Position numbers and translations under genes: made by a program. A stretch of DNA of 61,451 bases, filler included, from Bonamia ostreae (Eukaryota), in NCBI GenBank assembly GCA_040357525.1. It is 12 parts of 12 records of this genome, joined end to end, with 100 filler letters (N's around TTAATTAATTAA, not from the genome) between each part and the next. Parts side by side here need not be neighbours in the genome. Positions count along the whole stretch, not along the records: positions 30,890 to 35,926 come from JBDODL010000238.1; positions 36,027 to 41,054 come from JBDODL010000239.1; positions 41,155 to 46,167 come from JBDODL010000240.1; 9 more parts are not named here. One strand, written 5' to 3'. The notes beneath the pieces were generated by a model. The model was not told the origin of the DNA, did no database searches, and saw nothing but the letters and a program-made list of their open reading frames with translations. This document shows, piece by piece, positions 33,030 to 46,267 of this stretch (positions are counted from its first letter, which is position 1; the number at the start of each line of letters is the position of its first letter).

Positions 33030-35910
33030 ATGGTCAAACCCAAAAAGGATAAAACAGTCAAAAAGAAGACAGAGAAAAAATTGGTTGATATTTTTGATTA
33101 TTATCAGCTCTAATTTTTAAAATGTCCGAGATATTTTTTAAAAGTCGATTTTTCGATAAAAATCAATTTTGTCTTATAAAATTTCGGTAAAACAAGTTAA
33201 CTCCACCGCCGCTAATAAAATCTTTTATTAGTTACTAAAGGTGTTTGCACATTTTTGCACTTTTCAAAAATTCTCAATTAATTCAAAACCAATTTCTAAT
33301 AAATAAATTGGAACAATAAACTGGTACTAACACCGCTTATACAATTTTTTGTATTTGTGACAAAGTTATCAAACATTCGAAAATATTTTTTACAAAAATT
33401 TTTAATTCTTTAAAAAAGCCAAAAAAGAAAATTACTAAAAACACGACGAAAAAACAGGTTTTGCAATTTATATGTAAAAAATTTTAAAAATGCCATTTTG
33501 CCACGAAAAAATTGATACAATTTTTTTGCCTAAAAAATGGCTAAATTAACGCTTTTATAAGGAAGCAGTTTTGTTTATAACAAGATTGTGCCAAACGAAC
33601 GCCACATTTCATTAATTTGTAAATTTTTTGACTTTTTAATGTTTTACATTTTTTTCAAAAATTTGTAAAAAACAATAAACATCAAAATTAAGACACAGCC
33701 CAAAAAAGCCATCAAAAAGAACAATGCAAAAACGTCCAAAAAGATAGAACAAACAAAAAAGAAAATAATCGAAAAAAGTTCTTCAGATGTTTCCAGTTCG
33801 AATTCAAGTGACGATTCGAGCTCTTCGTCTCAACAAGAATCGAAAAAACAGTCCAAAAACCAAATCGATTTGAAACTTGATTCTGATGATTCCAATTCAG
33901 ACGATTCATCTTCAACTTCAGACGATTCATCGGATAGTCCAAAAAACAACAAGAAAGTTAAGACAAACCCAAAAAAAACCAAAACCGAGAACAAACAATC
34001 TACAAAAACAAACAAAAAGTCCGAAAAAACAAAACGCAAAATTGGCGATGCAAAAAAAGTCGAAAAAAAGAAAATGAAAGACGATTCCTCTGATTCAGAT
34101 GACAGCTCCTCCGATTCCGAAGAAAGCCCTCAAAACGACAAAATTGCAAAAGGCGCCAAGAACAGCAACGACCAAGAGGAAAAATCATCTTCTGAAAGCA
34201 GCAGCAATTCTGAAGAATCGTCTTCGGAAGAGTCAGAAACCGAAAAGAAATCAATCGAAACAAAAGTTGAACCGAAAAAGAACACAAAAGAGTCGAAAAA
34301 AAGTTCAAGCTCCGAAAGTAGCGAAAACTCTGAAAGCAGCGAATCTGAAAACTCTGAAAGTTCGCAAATTTCTGAAAAAGCTAAAAAGGAAAAATCGGTC
34401 AAAAAAGAGGAAACTGGAAAAAAAGAAAATTTGAACGGAGAAAGTGAAGAAATGGTAAACAAAAAACGTCTTTTCATTAAAAATTTGTCTTTCGAAACAG
34501 ATGAACAGGGTCTTAAGGACTTTTTTAAGGATTGTGGCGAAATTGAGTTTTTTTTTGTTTGTTAAATTTTTTTGTTTGTTAAAATTTTTTGTTTGTTAAA
34601 ATTTTTTTGTTTATTAAAATTTTTTCGTTTGTTAAAATTTTTTCGTTTGTTAAAATTTTTTTGTTTGTTAAAATTTTTTCGTTTGTTAAAATTTTTTCGT
34701 TTGTTATTTTTTTTAATTTTTTTTGTTTGTTAAATTTTTTTTTAAAATTTTTTTGTTTATTAAAATTTTTTCGTTTGTTAAAATTTTTTTGTTTGTTAAA
34801 TTTTTTTAATTTTTTTTCGTTTGTTAAAATTTTTTTGTTTGTTAAAATTTTTTCGTTTGTTAAAATTTTTTTGTTTGTTAAATTTTTTTTAAATTTTTTC
34901 GTTTGTTATAATTTTTTTGTTTGTTAAATTTTTTTAATTTTTTTTCGTTTGTTAAATTTTTTTGTTTGTTAAAATTTTTTTTTTTTTTAATTTTTTTTGT
35001 TTGTTAAATCTTTTTTGTTTGTGAAATCTCTTGTAAAATGTTATATAATAAAAAGAGAAGTAAACATACTGACAAGAAACGGAAAATCGAGAGGAATAGC
35101 ATTTGTCGTTTTCAAAACTGAAGAGTCCTCCGCGAAAGCAGTAAAACTGGATGGCGAAGAATTGAATGACAGATCACTCAAAATCGAATATTCTAAAGGG
35201 AAACCTAGAACCAATAATAGCAGAGACGCTAATACCCCCTTCAAAAGTTTTTTCAAATTTACATTTAAATTTTTATTTTGTCAAATTTTTTAAATTTTAA
35301 TTTTCTATTTCAACTAATTTTTTGTCAATTTTAATTTTGTCAAATTTTGTTTTTCGCTATCCAAATAAATATGCGAAATGATGATCTTTACGTCCGTGTT
35401 ATTGAATAAAATTTATGAAACTTACGATTTCTGATCGCATTAAATAAAAATAATCCAAATTTGCCAAAACTCCAAAAAATTTTATAAAAATTTGGTTTAT
35501 AAAAAGGAAAACAACCCGAAGACTGCAAAACGGTTTTCGTCGGAAATCTGAGCTACGACGCACAAGAAGATCAATTAAACGACTTCTTCTCCAAATGCGG
35601 AGAGATTTCGAGTATTCGAATCGTCACCGACAGAGAAACGGGGAATTCACGCGGCTTCGGCTACGTCGAATTTTCTGAAACCGAATCGGCCAAAAAAGCG
35701 ATTGAATTGAACGGAAAACAAATAATGTCGCGTAGCGTCAAAATCGACTTTGCTGCGCCCCGACGAAGCGGTAATGACGGCCGCAGATCTTTTAACGGCG
35801 ACAGAAGAGGTTTCCGAGGAGGAAGACGCGGTGGCTTCAACAAAAGGGGAAGAGGGTTTGGCAGAAAAGAGGGGATCACAAAGTTTGAAGGTAAAAAGAC
35901 GGTGTTTTAA
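33030..35910 (+). CDS. Nucleolin/Nsr1/Gar2-like protein (acidic-Ser tracts, 2 RRMs, GAR)
   Basis: MVKPK start, S/D/E tracts, RLFIKNLSF/SRGIAFVVF, TVFVGNLSY/SRGFGYVEF, RGG tail, FEGKKTVF. Confidence 0.88.
34548..35012 (+). repeat. ~23-bp T-rich minisatellite inside a nucleolin intron
   Basis: Unit ttttt(c/t)gtttgttaaaa is repeated many times inside RRM1. Confidence 0.9.
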
Positions 35911-36026
35911 TAAACAGTCAATTTGTNNNNNNNNNNNNNNNNNNNNNNNNNNNNNNNNNNNNNNNNNNNNTTAATTAATTAANNNNNNNNNNNNNNNNNN
36001 NNNNNNNNNNNNNNNNNNNNNNNNNN

Positions 36027-36741
36027 ACAAAAAAGACTAAATCTGTTGAACATTTTCCAAAACAGAATGAAAGGCGCTTTGATCACAACCGACATGTGTT
36101 CAAGAGGTTTGGACATAAAAGGGATAAACTGGGTTATCAATTTCGATTGCCCGGACGGCGTCAAATCGTATATTCACAGAGTTGGCAGAACAGCGCGCTA
36201 CAAATCAGACGGATTCGCGTTGCTGTTCCTGTTGCCGCCTGAAATAAAAATGGTGTCGATTATCAAAGAAGCGAAAATCCCAATCGTCAAAGTGAAAACA
36301 AAATTCGCTTCTGAGCAAATTTTGGAAAAGCGATTCGCTTCGTTTCTGGCGGAGGACGAAGCCTTGAAATATTTGGCGCAGAAAGCAGTGGTCTGTTATA
36401 TAAGATCTTTAACCAAAACGAAAAATGGGCGTCAAATATTAGACAAAATCGATTTTGAGAAAATGTGCAAGTCGATGGGATTGCCAAATGCTCCGAGTGT
36501 GAGCTTTAAGCGTAAAAAAGTATTTTCGAACGAAATGGAATCATCTTTAAAACGATTATTGGAAGACAACAATAGCAATGCAGAACTAAATCTTGATGAC
36601 GATACGAAGCAGAATGTCGGAAGGTCGAAAATAGAGCGATTATTGAAGAGAGAAAACAAGACTGTTTATTCGAAAGAGAAAAATGATTTGCGAAAGGATT
36701 CTGAAGACGATTCTGATTTTTTTAGTGCGAGTGCAGAATAA
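36027..36741 (+). CDS. DDX10: DEAD-box helicase Dbp4/DDX10, C-terminal fragment
   Basis: SRGLD...WVINFDCP...YIHRVGRTARY; LKYLAQKAVVCYIRS; SMGLPNAP. Confidence 0.88.
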
Positions 36742-36910
36742 ACATTTTATTTTAATCTTTAACTTTTTAGCTGAAAAAAATAATAGAAAGATAGTTTTTT
36801 GTAATAATAGAAACAAAAATAGATTTTCCTTGGTGCAAAAATAGATTTTTAGTTATTTTTTGTAACAATAAAGAAACAAAATTTGGTAAAAAGGGATCAA
36901 AAATAAGGAG

Positions 36911-37089
36911 AGACCTGTCAGAACGAAAATAGCGCATTAAAAGACAAATTTTAGCGATCATCTGGCCGAAGCTATTCACGCTCAACGCTACTTCCATCCG
37001 TCATCATCCAGGGCTGTTGTTTGTCAATTTAGAAAAGACTAGGAACAGTGAAATGTACTAAAGAAATGATCCTGTACAAGTATACTCCT
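36911..37089 (-). ncRNA. U3 snoRNA (~179 nt)
   Basis: In order: box A'/A TATACTTGTACAGGATCATTTCTTTAG, box C' GGATGATGA, box B GAGCGTGA, box C GATGATCG, box D CTGA; terminal stem CCTG/CAGG. Confidence 0.95.
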
Positions 37090-37110
37090 AAAAAAACACC
37101 TCTTTGTTTG

Positions 37111-37148
37111 TATATATAATTTTTATTTTAATATCAAATTTATGGGAT
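37111..37148 (-). promoter_or_regulatory. snRNA-type (type 3) promoter of U3: USE-like ATCCCATA + TATA box
   Basis: TATATATA about 25 nt and ATCCCATAAA about 55 nt upstream of the U3 5' end; T5 run just after the 3' end. Confidence 0.65.
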
Positions 37149-37452
37149 TTTTTGTTTTTAATATCAAATTTGTGCTTCTTTGAAAGTCAAGATGAATATG
37201 TTTAATCCAGTTGGGGAAAATCAAATTATTTCATTACTTTAATTTTTCTAAACCTATTCTGAAATTCTGGAATCCATTTGGTGTTTAATCAGTTTGTAAT
37301 GATTTTTCAATTTTTTTACTGACTGTTAAAATGCAAATGTCGAATATTTCATTTTTTCAAAAACAAAATTTATATTTTATATTATCTAAATTACTTAGAA
37401 TGACAGACCTCAAAAAATTGTGCGCTAAAATATTGTCAAAATAATAAAATTT

Positions 37453-38167
37453 TTATTCGGCTTCGTTAAATTTTGCGACAGTCTCACTCGCTAAAATGTG
37501 GTTTGTTTGATAAAAAAAAACAAATCGGGAGCGGATTTCGAAGAATAAAATCTATTTTTTCCGGTTGAGCACGCTCTTCCTTTTTATATTTGTTTTTAAT
37601 GTCTTTGCGATTTCTTTCTGGAAAAAGTCGCGCAATCGCACTAAAGTTTGTTCCGAGAAGACGTAAAGACTTTTTATTGTTAAAAACAACATTGAAAAAT
37701 TTTTCGGTGTCGTTTTCTGTCCACCGAACGCGTTTTTTTCGTTTCCTCGGATTGGATATTTTGTCTTGGGAGACATTGTATTCGCTTCGTTCTTTCGGAG
37801 TGCTCTTCAAATACAAACTTTCTTCATCGATGACGATTTGGCCTTCGACTATTTTCATTCGAGGACCCTTAAAGTAAAGATTGGAAACGTCGATTTTTTC
37901 TTTAAAAATGTCGTCGTCTGAAAAGTCGTCTAAGAAATTATCCTCTTTTTTGTTGTTTCTATCTGCATCCGACTCTGTATCCTTGTTTGCGTTGTCGTCT
38001 TGTTTTGGCTGCTCTTTTTTTCCGAACTTGGGCATTTGCGTTTTTCCGTCTTTCTTGTTTTCTTTTGCGGTCTTTATTCTTTTCGCCTCCGTCTCGTTGA
38101 GGTAAACACCTTTTCGATCATTGATTATATCGATGATCGAAGTGTAGTTTAGTTCATCTTGATTCAT
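37453..38167 (-). CDS. BDP1: TFIIIB subunit Bdp1 (B''), compact SANT-domain form
   Basis: GPRMKIVEGQIVIDEESL; WTENDTEKFF..LRLLGTNFSAIARLFPERNRKDIKNKYKKEER. Confidence 0.92.
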
Positions 38168-38378
38168 TATTATAACGGCGTTCACTAATTGAATTTGACA
38201 ATTTTAACGAGTTGTTATTGGTTTTGATTTCAAATAATGTGCCAAGACTTTTTATAAAAATTAAAGCTCAATCATGAGTAAAAGTTTATGGAGCCGCGAT
38301 AAAAATGTTCGCATATATTGTCTACTTTAAAAAATTAGCAGCAGAACAAGAACCTAAAGATTTTAAAATTCAGCAAAA

Positions 38379-40145
38379 ATGTCAAGATCTGTGCGGAGAG
38401 GTAGCGTTTCACCGGGAAGCAAAGAACTGTTCGCGATGAAAATGAAAGGTCTGCAAGATTTTAAGGTGCGCGTTTCGCGGATCGTCAAGGATTATCTCAT
38501 CGCTAACGATTATGAAGATTTTGTCTCCAGAATTAAGTTTTTCTATTTATTGTATAGTGAATTAGAGCCGAAAAAGTCCGAAATCGAGCAAATTCCTAAA
38601 ATTCTGATGTCAATCAGTTTTGACCGCAATGACAATGAACGGAAAGTCGTTTCGGACTTAATTGTAAAGCTTGTCATGAATAAAGTTATCAAAGAAAAAG
38701 ATGTTTTTTTCAGATAGTTAAAGCTTGGAATGGGCTTTTCATTGCTGTTAAGCCAAGTCCCGGATTTGCGACTCGACGTGCCAAATGTTGTGCAATATTT
38801 GGAATATTTTGTGGACAGTTTCGTCAACAACAAAGTGCTCAAATACGGCGATTCGAGCAAGTTCGTTGAAGTTTTGTCGATCTATTCCGGATCGGTTATT
38901 TATTTAAATAAAAGAATCCCCGAAAAACGATAAAGAAAATCGTCGAAAAAATAATCAAAAACTATTTTGTTTCGGGCGAATTGGAGGAATGCCAAAGAGC
39001 GATAGAAGAAATCAACGACACGAATCTCTATCCTCTCGTGGTCAAGTACGTCGTTTCGCTTTCTTTTGATTTTGGTGCGAGTCAGAGAGAATTGGTTTCG
39101 CAGCTTTTCGCGAAGGTCGTTGACGATCATGTCGAAACCAAATTTATCCAGTTTTTTTTTAATTCGGATAACATCGATTTTTGGATTTTAAAATAGCTTA
39201 TATTATTATAGTTTTGTAATATATTCAGCACTAATTGAATCAATGGCTCATGTAGCAATTCTTCTAATCAAACATAAACTAATTGTTAAAATTGCATTAA
39301 ACCCTCCAAAAAATTTTCGACATTATTAAAACGACAAACATTCTAAAACGTAACAATTGAAATTTTCGATGACACAAAAAAAGCGTTACTAAGACACAAA
39401 AAACGATTTAAACATTCACTACAAACACATCCATTAAGATTCCAAAAATATAGCTCAAAACAAGCTATAGTAAATCCGAAAGTAAATGACTTGTAAAAAT
39501 AAAGGCAAAAACACCTCGGCGAAGGGTTCATTCTGTTGCTGAACAACGCAGAGGACCTCAGCAAAGACGTTCCGGAAGTGTTCGATTACCTCTCGTTCTT
39601 CATCGCCAGAGCGATTTCGGACGAAAGTCTTCCGCGGTCTTTCGTCAAAAACTCCGCCGAAAAAACGACCAACGACGCGCTCATCGTTGCGACATTCACC
39701 ATTCAAGGTACTCGAAAACGTCGACCAGCTCATCCACATGGAAAACAGCACGGAGAAACTGCTCTACGTCTGGGAAACCAACATCGAAGAAGTGGACGAG
39801 ATCAAGTTGGTCGTTAAAGAAAACGTCGAAGAGTTTTTCGATCGCGATTGCGACTTGGCCACAATCCAGCGATTCCTGAACAAGCTGGAACACCCGCATT
39901 TCCATTATCAAGTCGTCTACCAGCTCTTCGCGACGCTGCTGGAACGCGACGAAAAGCACATCGACCAGGTCGGGCGCACAATCAAAGCGATCTACAATCT
40001 CGGAGTGACGTCCCTCGACGAAATCGAAAAAGGGTTCAGAAAGATTTTCGCCTTGTTGCCGGAACTGAAGAAGATGGCACCGTCCGCGGAAGAAATTTAC
40101 GGGAAACTGCGCCACAGCGTGATGACCGACAAAAAGACAAAATAA
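38379..40145 (+). CDS. MA3-domain (PDCD4/MRF-like) translation regulator with about 3 MA3 repeats
   Basis: Three repeats of I..(D/N/E)YF...D/E..E and GF..LL...DL.LDVP; FFIARAISDESLP; HPHFHYQVV. Confidence 0.85.
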
Positions 40146-40146
40146 A

Positions 40147-40541
40147 TTATATGTACTTTATCGTCCCGTAGAAGTATAAGAATATAAACATGACGCACAT
40201 CGACGCTATTCCGGCGACCATGGGCGATATTGCTAAACTTTAGTTTTGAAACCCATTTCGCAGATGGGCGGATGTACCCAAATGCCGTTGATGCACACCG
40301 AGTAAGACGTGTGGTTGTTCGGCAGCCCGAAATAGTAGAATGGCAAGAAGAGAACGTTGCATCTGTATTTGCAGATTTCAGACGACTCTGCGTCGTCGCA
40401 GTCGGACAGCAGGGAGCCGAACTCGATCTGCGGCGAGAACGAGCAGGTGTCCAGAACGCCTTGGATGTTGGGGGAAACCAGGTATTGCGAGTCTGCGCTT
40501 GAAAAGAAAAGGATGAGCGCTGATAGTATGAAATTAGACAT
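40147..40541 (-). CDS. Small sushi/CCP-like single-pass membrane protein (2 exons)
   Basis: Signal peptide, C..P.IEFG...C.YRC...C.NG.W..PP.C, a 20-nt intron, then a C-terminal TM. Confidence 0.65.
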
Positions 40542-41161
40542 TTTGTATAAGCTTTGAACTTTTGTTGGTTTAAACATGTATACTAAGTTTGGTTAATAAG
40601 TTAATAAGAGACTATTTTTCTTGTACGAACGTCTGAGATTGTAGAATAATGTTTTGATCATTATTTTGAGCGGTATCGTTGACATGTTCATGTTTAGTTA
40701 ATCGCAACTAGAGCAATCTGACAATAAAAATTCGGTTGCAACTCACGAAAACATTATTTATCGAATGAAACAACTAGAACAACTACCGAATCCCGTAAAC
40801 TGGAGAACAAATAAATAAACTAAATAATGCCATTTGCAAAGTGGTTAAATAACTTCCGACAACTAATAAAACAATTCATGAAATAACATGATTAATTGAA
40901 CTCACGACGACTAAAAAAGTTAATTCCAGAATCACTTGATTAAATGAACTTCCAGAATTTATTAAACGAACGAGTAATTTCCGATCACTGAACATGTCTA
41001 GGTTTATGTAACTTTTATAAGATTTGAAAAGGTAGAAAGCAGGTTTCTATAAAGNNNNNNNNNNNNNNNNNNNNNNNNNNNNNNNNNNNNNNNNNNNNTT
41101 AATTAATTAANNNNNNNNNNNNNNNNNNNNNNNNNNNNNNNNNNNNNNNNNNNNAGGCATT

Positions 41162-44100
41162 TTACTGAAATGCAGCACTTAAAACAATTTCGGGTTCTTC
41201 AATCTGAACCATGGAGTCCTCTTTCTCGCTGTCATTGATCATATGACTCTCTTCTATTTCAGGTTTAATTTCTTTCACAGATTTCCCCAATATTAAAAGA
41301 ACAATCGCAGCGATAAAATAAACTGAACCAATCGCTGAAGCAACTACCGCTGCTCTCATCTTATTGTCTATAAAAAATAAAATTTATCTCAGTTTTTATT
41401 TGCAAATTTATCTTACTGTTTCCATATTCGCCATTGTTGCTACTTTATGCAATTATTACCATTGTTACTATTCACATGTATTTCTACATATTTTAAATTA
41501 CAAATTTATATACAAACATGTTTATTGTTACAACGCATGAACATATTGTTTAATATACCATGAACAAACATATAGATTATAAAAATTAATGACCTCCATT
41601 GTACATCTCAATGGCAATACATTCATTTTCTCCACTCCAATATTCAAATAAGTCATTCATTTTTACACAAACGGCGATTTTGTCGGGTAAGTCAAATCCA
41701 TATGCACACTTTATATAAACTTGGTCTCCTACGATTGCGTTATTTGCATAAGAATGGCCGAAAAGAGCTCTCTTCTCAAAATTTTTACAGCCTTTTATCA
41801 TCTGACATTCTGTGCCGTTACTAGGATACCAGCTGCCACCATTGACATCTTCTCTGCAAGTGACGGGTTGATTAAAAGGTTTGTTATAACCTTCGCAGCA
41901 AGAGTACTTTAAGTTTGTACCAATTGATCTATCTCCAACGTCAACACTTCCCCAATCACCTTCAGGAATCGAAGGGCAATATTCGTTTATGGCTAATTTA
42001 AATTTTTACATTTATAAAATAAGTTTGACAACAATAAAAATAATTTTCGAATATTGGAAATAAAATTTAAACTTTCGCATTTTGTGACACCAACAAATAT
42101 CAAATCAAATTTTGTAGAACCCGTCCGATTACAGACAGCTGGGTCTCCTTTGATAATGTATCCATTTCTGCAATTTAGAACAATGACCATATTTTCAGTA
42201 TATATTTTTTCCTCGACTGTTCCCCAACTACCGTTCTCCGGTAATGGACAAGTTGGCACAGTTTCTTGTTTTTAAAATATGGAACCTGTACAATTCGTCT
42301 CCCCATTCCATTCTAATTTCTGCTTAACTTCATTGAAAACACAAACGGTTTCTTTGGAAGGAGGGACGAAATGTTCTATGCAGTCAAAAATAAGTACTGA
42401 GTTTATTTCATAATTTGGTTTTCCTTTTGCTGACCCCCAATCCCCATTCACAACAGGACAATCGACTTTAATCAAATTAAAAAACGGTAGCACTGAACAG
42501 CTCCATTCGCCCATTGACCCTTGCCTTCTATTATGGCACATTCAGCGCTTTCTTTTACATGAGAAAAATTTTTCTTACAATCGATCTTCAAAATAGTTCC
42601 CAATGACGCATCTCCAACATCAACGGTTCCCCAATCACCATTAGATAATGGTGGACAAAAGTTCTCCATTACTTTTATTAATTAATTATGTTTTGTTAAA
42701 ACGAGAGCATTGAAGCGCATCTTCCGGTACCCAAATGCCTTTGTTTTGACCACTATCTTCACACTTTGCGGGAGCCCCACTTGGCAATTTATAACCAATA
42801 GTGCAATTGTACTGCAAAAATGTATCGATTGTTCTGTTACCAGTTATTACAATTCCCCATTTTCCGTTTTCAAGTGAAGGGCAAAAATTAACAATTTCTT
42901 TTTTACAAAATAATGATCGAATTTGTTTAATATTGAAATTGGACAATTTTCAATTTCGAAATTAAAACTTTTACAGCTCAAATCCCCAACCCAAATTAAT
43001 TTGTTACCAGATATTTGACAAACAGTTTTATCTTCTGGTTCTTCATAACCATCGCTGCAATAAAACATCAAAATAGCTCCAACCTCCGAACCTGGATTAG
43101 CTTTTGCGCTGCCCCAAACAGTTTTCTCTATATCTACACAACCTTTTATCACTATAATTAATAGAGATGATTAAACGTTTGCAATATGTCCCTTCTTCTG
43201 GATACCATACTCCTTTGTTATTCTGACTGATGCATACCGCCGGAACAATGTCTATGTAATAACCTTCTTTGCAGATTAATGACAATTTTGTATCTATTTT
43301 GCGATCTCCACTCGTAACATTCCCCCATGTACCGTTCAATAAATGAGGGCAAAAATCAACAATTTCTTTTATTAAAAAAATGGTTACTGGAGCAATCAGT
43401 CCGCCCGTTCCAATACAAATCTCGATTTTTTAAATTCAGTTTACATTTTGGAATATTTTCAGGAGGTTGATAACCAACTTCGCAATCAAAATATAACTCT
43501 GCATCGAGTTCATTGTTTGGATACCCGTAAGAATTTCCCCAAGTACTAGAGTGATTTAAGCAATTTTCTTTTTGTATTGAATATTTATGTTATTGTTGAA
43601 TATTGTTTTATTTGAATACTGAGTTTATTGTTTGTATCTTTAATAATGTATTTGTTTTACTGCTAAATGCGAAAACTTGAGCAAATAGACGCTTTGTCCG
43701 GATTCCATATTGCATTGTTCTCTAAATTTAGAATACAATCAGCGGGCTCTAAAGTTAAAGAATACCCTTTGTTACAACTCAATTCTAGAACTGATCCCAA
43801 CGAATAACTTTTTATCTTAACCGAACCCCAAAAACCATCTTCCAACTCAGGACATTCGTCTTCAATTAATTCACATTCCGATTTTCCAACCCACTCTAAA
43901 AAATCCCCATTCATTAGACATTTCGCAGAAGTACCTGGAGGGCGGTAATATCCAGCGCATTTGTAAACTAAGACGGAATTTATTATATTTCCGTTTGTTC
44001 CATACGCGTAACCCCAGTTCCCCGTAACATTGACGCATTTAAGTGCTTAAAGTTAACAAATGTATTAAAAATATGAAAAACTATGATTTTTTTGTGTAAA

Positions 44101-46076
44101 AAATTAATTTTTAGATTGAAAGTAAACGGAAGCATTTGATGCCATCTGAAGGTAACCAAACGCCCTTTGTACTATCATCCCTACATATCGCATTTTCAGT
44201 AACCATTTTATATCCTTTGTTGCAAACAATATCTACTTCCACGTTTATTGTTCTGTCTTTTGTATCAACTTGTCCCCAATTTCCGTTTTCCAAAACCGGG
44301 CAGAAATTTGAAATGACTTTTAATTTTATTAAAAAAACGTTGACATTCTATGTCCCCTTCCCAATCTAAAGAATCAGATTCGTTTTTATAGATACATGTA
44401 GCTGCATCGGAGGGTTTTTTGTATCCATTCTTACATTCATAAACTAGTTTGGAGTTTATTTTGTTATTAGGGTAACCGTGCGAGTTACCCCAAAGTCCAG
44501 TATTGTTTTTGCAATTCTCTTTTCAATGATTTTTTTGAATGTTTAAAAATTGAAGAATTTAAGTTAATATTAGTAACCAACACATTTCTTTGCACCGTTA
44601 TTCCAGTCAAGATGATCTGATTCTGGGGCACAGATGGCCGGATCATCAAAAATTGAATATCCTTCTTTGCAATGTATTTTCAAAATAGTATCTTTTTTTC
44701 TATTTCCGACATCAACAATTCCCCACTCTCCATTTTCAATTTCAGGACATTTTTGTTCTGTTTCAATGCATTCTGTAACTCCATTCCATTCGACAGAAGA
44801 TGAGCCTACTCGATTACAAACGGCTGGAATTTCTGGTTTCTCATAGCCTGGTTTACAAGAATAAGCCAGAACTGACCCCCTTTTGTTGTCTGGATCGCCT
44901 TTTGCTGTTCCCCAATCGCCGGTAAGGATTTCACATTCTTTTTCGACGCAACTAATGGCGTCACTTGGAACCCACATAGCTTCTTCTTGGATTTTTATAC
45001 ATTGAGCCGGACCGTTAAGGGGCTCCGTGTAATAATTCGAGCAATGGTATTTTAAAACTGCTCCCAAGTATTTGTTACCTGTATTTACATAGCCCCATCC
45101 GCCGTGGGGTATATCGGGGCATTTTTCTTTATCTTTTTAACAATATTTTTATTTTTTCGCAAAAATGAAATTACAAAATTTATAAAGAAAGGATACAACA
45201 TAAGAATTTCACAAAAGAATAAAATCAACCAATTTTCGTGCACTTTATTTCGCCGTTCCATTCCACAACTTTTTGATAATTGTCCTCCACACAAATAGTT
45301 TTTTTCTCGGGCTCTTTATACCCGTCCGCGCATTCGAACACTAGTTCTGCTCCGGCCATATTATCTGGATTGCCATAAGCAAATCCCCATTTTCCAGTGA
45401 CATTGGGACAAATCGCAGTATTCTGATTGCAAAGAGATTTGATATAACGATATGTCATTGACGCGCTTTTCCAGTAATTTTCTTTGAACGCTAAATTAGC
45501 CACCGGTTCAGAAAACGACTTTGTGAGATCAATCAATTGTTGTTCCAAACTTTTATCTGCCTGTCTGACGACAGTGCTCATTATACTCGAAATAATGACA
45601 TTTTCGTCATACAAATAGGTTTTTTCTTCATTAATATTGCCAGAAACGTACATTATTAATGCATTCGCCGATCTCACATCTTGCATCACGAGTTTATTGG
45701 TTTTGAAATCGGCTTCATTGAGACATGTAGATGGTTTAAGACCAGCACATTTGCAGTTTAAGTCCTTCGTTGTCGCATATTTAAGAGTTTTCGGAATGCC
45801 GTTATTGTATTCTAGAGCACTTTTAATATAAAAGTTGATGTCTTTATCAGCTTCAAGAAAATTTTGCAAAGTTTCGAAGTACATTAATTCCTTAAAATAG
45901 GAATCACCACAAGTACGCTCATCCGAACATATATTGTACGATTGGGAAACACAAAAAATCAAATTGACATAACAAAACTGATCTCTATTCATCGGATCTA
46001 TTTTCTAATTATAATTACCAATAATTGTATACGCACACAAGAACGATAAAAAGATGATGGATTTATAACTCCACAT
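41162..46076 (-). CDS. Large type I surface protein: signal peptide, vWA-like domain, 17 sushi/CCP-like repeats, TM, acidic tail
   Basis: 17 modules C-x(5-8)-WG...C..GY...C...W...C counted across exons; N-terminal CYVNLIFCVSQSYNI / ALIMYVSG is vWA-like; TM AAVVASAIGSVYFIAAIVLLILG. Confidence 0.85.
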
Positions 46077-46267
46077 TTTGGAATATAATTGTGGCTATAT
46101 TGTTACCGTTTTCCAGATTAATTATTGTGGTGTTGTTATTTATCAAATTTGGTTTCTAATGATTTTTNNNNNNNNNNNNNNNNNNNNNNNNNNNNNNNNN
46201 NNNNNNNNNNNTTAATTAATTAANNNNNNNNNNNNNNNNNNNNNNNNNNNNNNNNNNNNNNNNNNNN

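Noticed and set aside
36767-36997. 76-aa ORF in the track
   Set aside because: Overlaps the U3 snoRNA boxes; a chance ORF.
36027-38167. DDX10, U3 and BDP1 adjacency (and SNU13/KTI12/SR/RPS12 on another contig) as functional clusters
   Set aside because: RNA-metabolism genes are abundant in a reduced genome, so chance cannot be excluded without synteny data.
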